The notes under the pieces were generated by a model, which did no database searches, had not been told where the DNA came from, and saw nothing but the letters and a program-made list of their open reading frames with translations. From NCBI GenBank assembly GCA_965226375.1, contig CBDDCX010000008.1:1472001-1536000 (forward strand): DNA of 64,000 nucleotides, in the 5' to 3' direction. The translations under genes were made by a program, and so were the position numbers. Shown piece by piece: positions 43,043-51,984 of this stretch (position 1 is its first letter; the number at the start of each line of letters is the position of its first letter). Origin of the DNA: Longimicrobiales bacterium (GTDB lineage: Bacteria; Gemmatimonadota; Gemmatimonadetes; Longimicrobiales; Gaopeijiaceae).

Positions 43043-43760
43043 CACCCACGTGGATCGCAGCGATTCCGCCCGTCACGAAACTCCACTCCACGTCCCGGAA
43101 GCCCGACTCACGCATCAAGACCGCAACCTCCTCCGGACCGGGAAATTCCTTCACGGACTCGGGGAGATACGTGTAGGCCCAGGGGTGGCCCGAGACGACA
43201 CGTCCCACCACCGGCAGCACCCTGTGAAAATAGAAGTGGTACAGCCGACGCAGTAGCGGATTCGGCGGGTCCGTGAACTCCAGGATCACGAGGCAGGCGC
43301 CCGGACGCAGGACCCGGGCCAGATCAGTGAACCCCGCCCGCAGGTCCGACAGGTTCCGCACGCCGAACCCGACCATGGCGCCGTCGAACGACGCATCCGG
43401 AAACGGTAGCCGGAGCGAGTCCCCGCACACTGGCGTCACGGAGTCGCCGAGCTTGTCGCGGCCCTCGATGAGCATGGGTAACGCGAAGTCGGTCGCTACG
43501 ACGGCGCCTGTGAAGGCCGGTTGGCGAGCCAGTTCGAGACTCAGGTCGAGAGTCCCCGCGCACGCGTCCAGGAAGCGACCCCCGGGCTCACGCTCCCAAC
43601 CCAGCAGCTCCACGGCCCGCCGCCTCCAACGTCGATCGATGTTGAGGCTCAGCACGTGGTTCAACAGGTCGTACCGCGGCGCGATCTCCGAAAAGAGCGT
43701 GCGGACCTGGGTTTCTCGGTCCGTCCCGCGAGACGGTGTGGCTTTGGGGCTTGTGGCCAT
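43032..43760 (-). CDS. menG: UbiE/MenG demethylmenaquinone methyltransferase
   Basis: FSEIAPRYDLLNHVLS, LDACAGT, GFGVRN, RVLRPG, YTYLPES. Confidence 0.9.
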   Translation of the reverse strand: MATSPKATPSRGTDRETQVRTLFSEIAPRYDLLNHVLSLNIDRRWRRRAVELLGWEREPGGRFLDACAGTLDLSLELARQPAFTGAVVATDFALPMLIEGRDKLGDSVTPVCGDSLRLPFPDASFDGAMVGFGVRNLSDLRAGFTDLARVLRPGACLVILEFTDPPNPLLRRLYHFYFHRVLPVVGRVVSGHPWAYTYLPESVKEFPGPEEVAVLMRESGFRDVEWSFVTGGIAAIHVGVSS

Positions 43761-43870
43761 CTGCTCGGCGTTTTGGTTAGCTTTTCTGGACCCAGCTGAA
43801 CAGAAGAGGTCGGTCGGTGTGAGTGGTCAGCCGCGTACCCGGGAAAGATCCGAAGTTTCCCGACCGTAAC

Positions 43871-44527
43871 ATGGCTGCGGACTCTCCAGGGGGCATTCGC
43901 CGTCCCACCGGACCCACTCTTTCGGAGCCCCATTACTTGGACCTACCGGACCAGACCGATAAAGATCTGGCGGCCCTCGCGGCCGACGGACGTGAGGAGG
44001 CCTTCGGCGAGCTGCTCAAGCGATACGAGCGGCCGGTCTTCGCGCTGATCTATCGGATGGTGCGTGACCGATCCTTGGCCGAAGATCTGGCCCAAGAAGC
44101 CTTCATCCGTTCGTTCAACGCCATCTCCTCGTACGACCCGCGCTATAAGTTCAGCAGCTGGATCTTCAAGATCGCCAACAACCACACCATCGATCACTTG
44201 CGGAAGCGCAAGCTGGACACCGTGTCCATCCACGGATCTCCTCATGCTCGTACCGCACGCGAAGAGGAGCAGACCAGCCTGGTCGTGCAGTCCACCGACG
44301 AGGATCCGCACGAATATGTGGAACATCGCGAGCTTGGTCACCAGATCGAGCAGGCCATCGGTGAGCTCAGGCCGGAATATCGAACGGCCATCCTCTTGCG
44401 ACACGTAGAGGGGTACGCGTACGAGGAAATTTCCGAAATCATGGACCTACCCCTGGGCACCGTGAAGACGTACTTACACCGCGCCCGTGGTGAACTGAAG
44501 ACCCTTCTTGCCCACCTCGCCTCTTAG
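43871..44527 (+). CDS. ECF RNA polymerase sigma factor (SigW-like)
   Basis: AEDLAQEAFIR, FSSWIFKIANN, YEEISEIMDLPLGTVKTYLHRAR. The start is uncertain. Confidence 0.92.
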   Translation: MAADSPGGIRRPTGPTLSEPHYLDLPDQTDKDLAALAADGREEAFGELLKRYERPVFALIYRMVRDRSLAEDLAQEAFIRSFNAISSYDPRYKFSSWIFKIANNHTIDHLRKRKLDTVSIHGSPHARTAREEEQTSLVVQSTDEDPHEYVEHRELGHQIEQAIGELRPEYRTAILLRHVEGYAYEEISEIMDLPLGTVKTYLHRARGELKTLLAHLAS

Positions 44528-44538
44528 GGGCTTTTTTA

Positions 44539-44565
44539 TGAAACTTTCGAGAAGATGTCCCCGTA
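44539..44565 (+). promoter_or_regulatory. SigW-type ECF promoter upstream of the anti-sigma gene
   Basis: TGAAAC-N17-CGTA. Confidence 0.6.
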
Positions 44566-44598
44566 GGGTCGAGTGGGAAAACAACGGGAGTCGATCAC

Positions 44599-45576
44599 GT
44601 GAATAAGAAGGACGTAAACATGCACCTGACCGCTGAGCGGATTCAGGGGTTCCTCGACGGCGCTCTCCTTGAGGAGGAGAGGGTTCACGTCGAGGAGCAT
44701 GCTACGTTCTGTGCGAGCTGTCAGGCCGAGTTGGACACCTGGCAGCTTCTTTATTCCGAGTTGAGCGAGTTGCCCGAGTTGGTGCCCTCTGAAGGCTTCG
44801 CGAGCCGAGTAATGGCCGGGCTCGAGGTTACCGAAGCGGCGCCACATAGGGTGCCGGCATCAGAGACCTCCAAGGCGGGGGCTTTGGGATGGCTACGCCG
44901 CCGAGCGGCGAGGGTATCCCAACACGTCGGGCCCGAACGTCTACAAGACTACATTGAAGGCGTCCTTCCGCAGCCTTATATGGCCCGGATCGAGACGCAT
45001 CTCGAGGCATGTGGGGCATGCCGCAACGATGCAATCGCCTGGAGAGAGCTGGTCCGACGGATCGAGACATTACCCGAGCTGGTACCTTCCGCCGGATTCG
45101 CACAACGAGTCATGGCGCAGGTCCGGATCGGGCAGCTCGTCCGTCAGCCGGTCGCCGCTTCGAGCCGTGCCCGGAGCCGTGTGCTGGCCTGGGCCGGAAG
45201 CTTGATCCCAAGTACGCAGAAGGCCTGGGCCATCATCTCGGGCGTGGCGGTAACACCCGCCACGGTCGTAGCCCTACTGGCCTACACGGTCTTCTCCAAC
45301 CCGGTGGTCACGCCCGGATACCTGGCTTCCTTCCTCTGGTGGAAGGTCAGCGGTGCCGTCACCGCCGTCGCTGGTCTCGCGGCAGATGCGCTGTTCGAGA
45401 GTGCCCTCATGTTCTACGCCTATTCAGCCCTGGACGCCCTGGCAGGTGCGCCTGTGCTGGCCGCCATGGTCGCCGTGTCTCTCGCAGCCGCGACTGGTGT
45501 GTCTGGATGGGTCCTATACCGAAATCTACTCCCCACCCCGAAGGTGGATGGTCAGTATGCCACAGCCTCGATTTAG
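44599..45576 (+). CDS. Membrane anti-sigma factor with two zf-HC2 (ZAS) domains
   Basis: EEHATFCASC...PSEGFASRVM and ETHLEACGAC...PSAGFAQRVM, followed by TM helices. Confidence 0.85.
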   Translation: MNKKDVNMHLTAERIQGFLDGALLEEERVHVEEHATFCASCQAELDTWQLLYSELSELPELVPSEGFASRVMAGLEVTEAAPHRVPASETSKAGALGWLRRRAARVSQHVGPERLQDYIEGVLPQPYMARIETHLEACGACRNDAIAWRELVRRIETLPELVPSAGFAQRVMAQVRIGQLVRQPVAASSRARSRVLAWAGSLIPSTQKAWAIISGVAVTPATVVALLAYTVFSNPVVTPGYLASFLWWKVSGAVTAVAGLAADALFESALMFYAYSALDALAGAPVLAAMVAVSLAAATGVSGWVLYRNLLPTPKVDGQYATASI

Positions 45577-47287
45577 CTTCAGCCGGCGTCTTCTGCCGGC
45601 CCTTCTCTTCGCGCTCCTTCCCGTCGCGCTGACCGGACAGGCACGGACCGGACAGGTACGAACCGGACCGGTACGTGAAGTCGTGTCGAACCAGCTTGCT
45701 ATCTCGCAAACCGAGGCCGGCTTGGTCCTCGAGTTTGCCGATGACGGTTTGTTGGAGATCGCCCTACGCGACGGTGTGGTGGTGGTAGACCGTGGGATCG
45801 TAGGCAACTTCGACCGAGGCGATCCCCTGGATACAGCCTGGCGTGAGCTCCTCGGCGAGATCGTCAACCTCTCGGACGGAGCGCTCGGAGAAGCTCTGCG
45901 CGATTGGGCGCCCCCTTCGTCTCTGTCGGGCAGTGATCTGACGACCGCCCAGCTTCTGGATGAGTCGCTCGAGGAGGCACTGGGTGCGCGTGTACAGACC
46001 GGTCCGGATGCCGAGCGCGATATAGACATCTCGGCCGGCCTGGGACTCAGCCTGCAAGCCCTTCTCAGCCGTGTGGACAATCTGGGCGAGCTGGGGCAGG
46101 CCCTCGAGGCGATCGACATGCTGCACTCTTCCATCCACATCGGAGAGGATGTGGTGGTCGCTGAAGACGAGACCATCGAAGGAAACATCATCGTCGTGGA
46201 CGGCGATCTGACCGTGAACGGCACCATCGAAGAAGACGTCGTTATCGTCGGGGGCTCCATCACGGTACGGGACGGCGGAGACGTGCACGGTGACATCCGG
46301 CTGGTGGATTCGCGCTACTTCGGAATCGACGAGTCTGCCCTTGAAGGGCGTGTCATCCGAGTCGACTCGGATGACTCCGACTTCGACCTGTCGGCCGACT
46401 TTGGGGACTTCGGGGATCTCGAAGATTTGGAAGATCTCAAGGACCGGATCCGGGACGAAATTCGTAGCGAGTTACGCCACGAACTCCGTGATGTGGGCCG
46501 AGGCTTTTCACCGTTTCTCGCCGTGGGGCGTGGCGTCGCGGAGGTGATGGGGGATCTCATCTCCTTCTTGATCCTCTCCCTGATCGCGCTTGGTGTGGTC
46601 TACTTTGCCAAGGACAACCTCGAGGTCGTGGCCGACACTGCCCGGTGGAATCCGATGCGGGCGGGCATGGTGGGGCTTGCGGGTGCATTCCTGGTCCTTC
46701 CGACCTGGCTGTTGGGTTGTGTTGCCCTCGTGGTCTCGGTGGTGGGTATCGTCGCGCTGCCCTTCTGGCTACTGCTCTTCCCGATCGCGGTGGCTCTGGG
46801 TGCCGGACTCGGCTTCCTGGCGGCAGCCAAGAACATCGGTGAGTGGGTCGCTGAAAGGGAGATCAGCGGCCTGGAGTGGATACAGCCCACCAACACGTTT
46901 TACGCGGTGGTCACCGGTGTGGGTACGGTTCTGGCCTTTTCGCTGGCCGCGAACGTGCTCGACATCGTGCCGTTCTTCGGCTTCTTCAGCGGCCTGATCG
47001 CTATGCTGGGATCCATGATCACCGTTGCGGCGCTATTGGTCGGTTTTGGGGCCGTTCTGCTCACGCGAGGCGGCCGCCAGGCCGAGTTCTACGGCGGCGG
47101 TGATCCCTTTGGAGACGAGCCGGCCTGGGAAGAGGACGGAATCTCTGAAGAGGTGATCGAGGCCGAAGAGGTCCGGGACGAGCCCAGGGACGGGGCCGAC
47201 AGTGAGGACATGGCGGAGGCTACGGCCGACGCAGCCGATGAGACTACCGATGAGGCGGGGGATACCGGGGATGCGGACGATGCATAG
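45557..47287 (+). CDS. Membrane protein with polymer-forming (bactofilin-like beta-helix) repeats and a C-terminal multi-TM domain
   Basis: Signal peptide, GNIIVVDGDLTVNGTIEEDVVIVGGSITV, several TM helices and an acidic tail. Confidence 0.7.
   Translation: MPQPRFSFSRRLLPALLFALLPVALTGQARTGQVRTGPVREVVSNQLAISQTEAGLVLEFADDGLLEIALRDGVVVVDRGIVGNFDRGDPLDTAWRELLGEIVNLSDGALGEALRDWAPPSSLSGSDLTTAQLLDESLEEALGARVQTGPDAERDIDISAGLGLSLQALLSRVDNLGELGQALEAIDMLHSSIHIGEDVVVAEDETIEGNIIVVDGDLTVNGTIEEDVVIVGGSITVRDGGDVHGDIRLVDSRYFGIDESALEGRVIRVDSDDSDFDLSADFGDFGDLEDLEDLKDRIRDEIRSELRHELRDVGRGFSPFLAVGRGVAEVMGDLISFLILSLIALGVVYFAKDNLEVVADTARWNPMRAGMVGLAGAFLVLPTWLLGCVALVVSVVGIVALPFWLLLFPIAVALGAGLGFLAAAKNIGEWVAEREISGLEWIQPTNTFYAVVTGVGTVLAFSLAANVLDIVPFFGFFSGLIAMLGSMITVAALLVGFGAVLLTRGGRQAEFYGGGDPFGDEPAWEEDGISEEVIEAEEVRDEPRDGADSEDMAEATADAADETTDEAGDTGDADDA
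45632..45676 (+). repeat. 3 x 15-bp tandem repeat (TGQAR/TGQVR/TGPVR)
   Basis: ACCGGACAGGCACGG ACCGGACAGGTACGA ACCGGACCGGTACGT. Confidence 0.8.
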
Positions 47288-48125
47288 AACGATCACGAGA
47301 CTGGCGCTGGCCCTGCTGCTGATCGGCGTCGGGGTAGCGCGTGGAGAGGCTCAGGATTGGCGGACCGTGACCATGTCTCGGCAGATCGAATCCGACGAGA
47401 GCGTGGACGTGGAGGTGCGCTACGGAGCCGGCCGATTCACGATCCGTGCGGCCGAGCCCGGGACACTCTACCGGATGCAAGTGCGGTACGACGAGGACCT
47501 CTTCGAGCCGATCGCCGAGCACAGGGGCTCAACCCTGCGGATCGGTACAGAGACCCTCGGACGCCGCATCCGTCTCAGTCGTGACAACACGGCCGGAGAG
47601 ATGGAGCTCGAGCTCGCTCAGGACGTCGCCATGGACCTGAGGATGGAGTTCGGAGCCGTAAAGGCGGACATCGACCTCGGCGGCCTGCGACTCACCAACC
47701 TGGAAATCGAGACCGGAGCCTCGCAGACCGATCTGGTCGTATCCGAGCCCAATTCGGAAATGATGGACGAGGCGAGCTTCGAGGTGGGCGTCGCCGAGTT
47801 CACCGCCCGTAAGCTGGGCAACTTGAACGCCAGCCGCATAGAGGTCGACGCCGGCCTCGGTGACATCGATCTCGACTTCTCCGGAGAGTGGCGGAGAGAC
47901 GCGAGAATTTCCGTGGACATGGGGCTCGGCGCCCTGACGCTGCGCTTCCCCAGGGGACTCGGGGTCAGGCTCGTCAAGGACACGTTCCTGACGTCCCTGG
48001 ACTCCGAGGGGCTCGTCAAGCGCGGTGATGCGTACTACTCGTTGGATTACGACGAGGCGGAGTACCAGGTCTCGGTAGAAGTGGACGCCGCCTTCGGGAG
48101 CATCCGTGTCGTCTGGGTGCGCTGA
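47280..48125 (+). CDS. Exported beta-rich protein (LiaF/toast-rack-like adhesin repeats)
   Basis: Signal peptide followed by repeated xxGAxxxxLDL strands (FGAVKADIDLGGL, AGLGDIDLDF, MGLGALTL). Confidence 0.6.
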   Translation: MHRTITRLALALLLIGVGVARGEAQDWRTVTMSRQIESDESVDVEVRYGAGRFTIRAAEPGTLYRMQVRYDEDLFEPIAEHRGSTLRIGTETLGRRIRLSRDNTAGEMELELAQDVAMDLRMEFGAVKADIDLGGLRLTNLEIETGASQTDLVVSEPNSEMMDEASFEVGVAEFTARKLGNLNASRIEVDAGLGDIDLDFSGEWRRDARISVDMGLGALTLRFPRGLGVRLVKDTFLTSLDSEGLVKRGDAYYSLDYDEAEYQVSVEVDAAFGSIRVVWVR

Positions 48126-48160
48126 CCGCATCCCGCGCACGCTGATTAGGAGATAGAGAG

Positions 48161-48397
48161 ATGATCGGTACACTGCTGACCTTTTTCGCCGTCGGACTCG
48201 TCACACTCGTCGTGGCCGGCATCGCGTTGTCGATCCTGGGTTCCGTGCTGTCCTTGGGATTCGGCCTGGCCGCCTTCCTGCTGTTCAAGGTGGCGCCGAT
48301 CCTACTGGTCGGGTGGGTGGTGCTGAAGGTCATCGACAAGCGCAGGGGTGGGAGTCTTTCCGCGGCGGACCAACGCTGGTTGGAAGGCGGCGAATAG
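48161..48397 (+). CDS. Small membrane protein
   Basis: 78 aa, highly hydrophobic, AGGAG SD, last gene of the ECF operon. Confidence 0.75.
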   Translation: MIGTLLTFFAVGLVTLVVAGIALSILGSVLSLGFGLAAFLLFKVAPILLVGWVVLKVIDKRRGGSLSAADQRWLEGGE

Positions 48398-48477
48398 CAG
48401 GGGGCGTCCCACCTAGTGCGCAACAAAAGGGGCCAGTGCGTCCACTCCGTCGAGGAGCGTCGGACTCCGGGCGGCAG

Positions 48478-48570
48478 CTACCGGCCGACCCGCTGCAACA
48501 GCTCCTCGAAGAAGTTCTCCACCACGATCACCTGGCCCGCCGTCTCCCGCGCACCTGCACTCGGAGCTAT
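48478..48570 (-). pseudogene. Probable C-terminal remnant of a kinase/PD40-type protein
   Basis: The minus frame reads ...GQVIVVENFFEELLQRVGR*, with no upstream body. Confidence 0.45.
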
Positions 48571-48577
48571 GCCAAGC

Positions 48578-49699
48578 CTACCCGACGGTCGTCAGCGCCT
48601 CCAGCACCACCTCAGAGATCCCCTTGAGCGCTTGCCCAGCAGCCGAGTCCGGAGCCGAAAGCACCGTGGGCGCGCCCGCGTCGCCGGCAGCCCGGACCGC
48701 CGGATCAAGCGGAACCCGTCCAAGGATCGGCAGATCCATGTCCTCGGCCAGCCGATCGCCGCCGCCGCTCCCGAAGACATCGATCTCCTCTCCGCAGTGG
48801 GGACATGAGAGCCCCACCATGTTCTCCACGATGCCCAGGATTCTCGTGTTCACACGCTCGAACATCTTGATGCCCCTTCGCACGTCACCGGTGGCGACCT
48901 CTTGTGGCGTGCTCACCATGACCACGCCGTCCAAGTCGATGGTCTGCACGAGCGAGAGCTGGGCGTCGCCGGTCCCGGGAGGCATGTCTACGACCATGAC
49001 GTCCAGCGGGCCCCAGCTCACCTGCTCGAGAAACTGCTTCAAGATCCCCGCGATGAGCGGACCGCGCATGATCGCCGGCTGCTCCTTGTCCAGCAGGAAC
49101 CCGAGGCTCATGAGCTTCACGCCGTGGGCTTCGAGAGGTTCGATCATCTCCTTACCCTTGTCACCCGTCACCGGCGGACGACGATCCACACCGAACATGA
49201 GGGGGATGTTGGGCCCATAGATATCGGCATCGAGGAGCCCCACCGACTGCCCGGACGCAGCGAGGGCCGCAGCCAGGTTGCTCGCTACCATCGATTTGCC
49301 GACACCGCCCTTGCCGGAGCTCACCGCCACCACGTGGGACACCTCGGTGAGAAGGCCCGGTTGGGGCGTCGGCGCGGGCACCGACCCCGGCTGGAGGCCT
49401 CCGCCCGGTTGGCGTCCGCCCGGTGTTCCTCCTCCCGGCGTGTGGCCCCCGGACTGCGGCAACTGAACGTTGATCTTCACGCTGGTGACACCGGGCAAGG
49501 CCTCGACCGCACCTCTCGCCTCTTTGACGAGATTTCCCGGATCGTCCGTCTGAAGGGCAAACGAGAAGCGCACGTCGCCCTCGTCTCCCACTACCATGGA
49601 TTGCACGTGCCCACTCTCTATGATGTCGCGGCCCGTGACCGGATTCCGTACGGCCGCCAAGGCCTGGAGAACGGTCTTCCGCACGTTGTCTTCGCCCAT
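48578..49699 (-). CDS. apbC: Mrp/ApbC iron-sulfur cluster carrier ATPase
   Basis: SSGKGGVGKS, DADIYGP, DMPPGTGD, ENMVGLSCPHCG. Confidence 0.93.
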   Translation of the reverse strand: MGEDNVRKTVLQALAAVRNPVTGRDIIESGHVQSMVVGDEGDVRFSFALQTDDPGNLVKEARGAVEALPGVTSVKINVQLPQSGGHTPGGGTPGGRQPGGGLQPGSVPAPTPQPGLLTEVSHVVAVSSGKGGVGKSMVASNLAAALAASGQSVGLLDADIYGPNIPLMFGVDRRPPVTGDKGKEMIEPLEAHGVKLMSLGFLLDKEQPAIMRGPLIAGILKQFLEQVSWGPLDVMVVDMPPGTGDAQLSLVQTIDLDGVVMVSTPQEVATGDVRRGIKMFERVNTRILGIVENMVGLSCPHCGEEIDVFGSGGGDRLAEDMDLPILGRVPLDPAVRAAGDAGAPTVLSAPDSAAGQALKGISEVVLEALTTVG

Positions 49700-49761
49700 T
49701 TCTACTCCCAAGCGGTACGCTGGGTGACGCCAGCCCATCGCTTCGAGCGACGGCGTGACCC

Positions 49762-49796
49762 AAAAAAAGGGGCGCCCCCGGAGTGTCCGGGACGCC
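49762..49796 (-). terminator. Intrinsic terminator between nfu and mrp
   Basis: Minus strand GGCGTCCCGGA-CAC-TCCGGGGGCGCC-CC-TTTTTTT. Confidence 0.7.
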
Positions 49797-49837
49797 TAAA
49801 CGGATCGGGCACTGACAGGAGCCCGCCGTTTCTTGAT

Positions 49838-50074
49838 CTAGATTGCCTGCACCTCGGTCACGTCCGGAATGCTTCCCTTGAGCCGACGCTCGATCCCCTC
49901 TTTGAGCGTCATCATGGAGATGGGGCAGGCCTCGCAAGCTCCGAGAAGGCGCAGTTCCACTACACCATCTGTCGGGTCGAAGCCCAGGAATTCCAAATCT
50001 CCACCATCCGCCTGGAGTGCTGGGCGGATTGCCTCCAAGACTTCTTCGATTCTCGCTTCTACGGTCTTCAGCAT
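49838..50074 (-). CDS. NifU C-terminal (Nfu-type) Fe-S carrier
   Basis: IRPALQADGGD, LLGACEACPIS, TLKEGIE. Confidence 0.93.
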   Translation of the reverse strand: MLKTVEARIEEVLEAIRPALQADGGDLEFLGFDPTDGVVELRLLGACEACPISMMTLKEGIERRLKGSIPDVTEVQAI

Positions 50075-50267
50075 CCGATCGCGTCCCGCGCCACACTTCT
50101 GGAACCGAGAAAAGCTACGAATATTTCATTGCATCAGTCAACATGACCGTTGTTATATTTCAACAAGGTTGCGTCAAACGGACCGAGAACGGAAATTCTA
50201 GAAACATATGTTTTCATCGTCTGCAGGTGTCGAAGGCTGACCGCAGGGATAAAAGCAACGAGGCTGC

Positions 50268-51665
50268 ATGCAAGAAGAGACGACGTCCCTTGGCCCCATC
50301 GAGTCCGAGCTGTCGGGTGCTTCACCCCACATCTCCGACTACTGGCATGTTATGACGCGTCGCCTGTGGCTCGTGCTCCTCATCTTTGGAGTCACGACCG
50401 CTTCTGCTATTTGGGCCGTATCCAAGCAGAGGACGATCTACGAGACGGGTGCCACCCTCCAGATCAATGATCCGCTCGAAGTAACGCGGCAACTGACGGT
50501 CCCGACGAGAGTGTCGGGTATGAACATCTTCGTAGATCCCATCGAATCCGAGATTCAGGTCCTTGCCTCGGTCCAGGTGGCCCGCAGCGTCGTGAACCGA
50601 CTGGGTATGAGGCTGGTTCCCGAGAATCCCAATCTGGTTCGCTCCGATCTCTTCGTCGACACCTGGATCGCTCCGGAGGCGGATGACGGCGTGTTGGATC
50701 TCGTCTACGACGAGCAAGGCACCGCAGCGCAGATCTTCGACGGGATCGGCAACCTCGTCCTCGAAGGGCCCGTGGGCATGGACCTCGACGGCGGCTGGCT
50801 GAGGTTGAAGCTGCAGCTGCCTCCCGAAGAGTCTCGCCGATACCGCTTGGTGATCCATCCTGTGACGGCTGTCCAGGGCGAAGTCCAGGGACGACTGGTG
50901 GCAGCGGCCCTTCAATCGACCAACATCATCCGGGTGAGCTATCGCAATGCGGATCCCATCTTGGCTCCGCAGATCCTGAACGGAGCCACGGTAGCGCTGC
51001 AGGGCTTCGGTGAGGATCGCGTCCGAGTGCAGGCAGAGCGCGACCTCCGGTTCATCGAGCAACGCCTCGACAGCGCCCTCTCGCAGCTCCAGGGGTCGTC
51101 CCGTGCGATCCGAAGCTTCAAAGAGAGCGCCCGCTTCACCAGCCTCTCGGTTCAGGAGCAACAGCTCCTCAATCGTTACGAGCGGACCGACGACCGGATG
51201 CAGGACTTGATCGCCCAGCAGGACGCTCTCCGTGAGGCTGTTCGGCCTAACGTTCTCCCGAACCTCGATCTTCTCCCCAGCGGGCCGTTCCCACCCAACC
51301 CGTCCGAGCTCCTCAACTCCAAGACCATGCAGCGTCTCCTGGAGGAGTTCGAAGGAAAGTACAGCCACCTGATCCTGGATACGCCACCCATCCTCGCCGT
51401 CACCGACTCGTCGATTCTGGGTGCCCACACGGACGGTGTGGTTCTCGTACTTCGTTCTGGAGAGACGGAGCAGCGAGCCGCCGAGCGGGCCGTGGATCAG
51501 TTACGGCGGGTCGGAGTGCGCGTGTTCGGTGCGGTACTGAACGAGGTGGCCTCCACCACCGTGGAGGAGAGCTACTACATGCAGTATTACTACTCGTACC
51601 ACCCCAGGCAGAACGGAGGCCTCAAGAAGTTCGCCAAGGGTCTTCAGAAGGCGAAAATCTGGTAG
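50268..51665 (+). pseudogene. Wzc-like polysaccharide co-polymerase/BY-kinase with a large in-frame internal deletion
   Basis: Wzz-type N-terminus (DYWHVMTRRLWLV, EIQVLAS) runs straight into PSGPFPPNPSELL, LILDTPP and the Tyr cluster YYMQYYYSY. The second TM and Walker A are absent. Confidence 0.7.
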
Positions 51666-51984
51666 AGGCTCCCCGCTTCGACCTCCGACCTCCCTTTTCT
51701 CAGCCACAACTCTTCGGCTCGTAGTCCGCTCCCCGCCGTCCCGCGTTCGACCTGTTCGCGGGCGCTTGCGAAGGGTGCTCCCACGCCCGAGATTCCGCTA
51801 GAATTTCGCTGTACTTTCTAACAAGACTTCTCGAGTTTTCGAGGGGAAATTCGGGCTGGATCGCCCGGCCGTGCGACGGGTGAACGGCGAGCGTTCCCCG
51901 TCGTTTTTTGGGGCCGCCGAGTCGGCCCGTACAGTGGTCGAAGCTTGTTCCAAACCCAACTATCCGCCCAGAGAGCCTACGTCC

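Noticed and set aside
50130..50180. Imperfect palindrome GTTG-TTATATTT-CAAC between nfu and wzc as an Fe-S regulator operator
   Set aside because: Too short and not matched to a known consensus, so it cannot be supported from this sequence alone.
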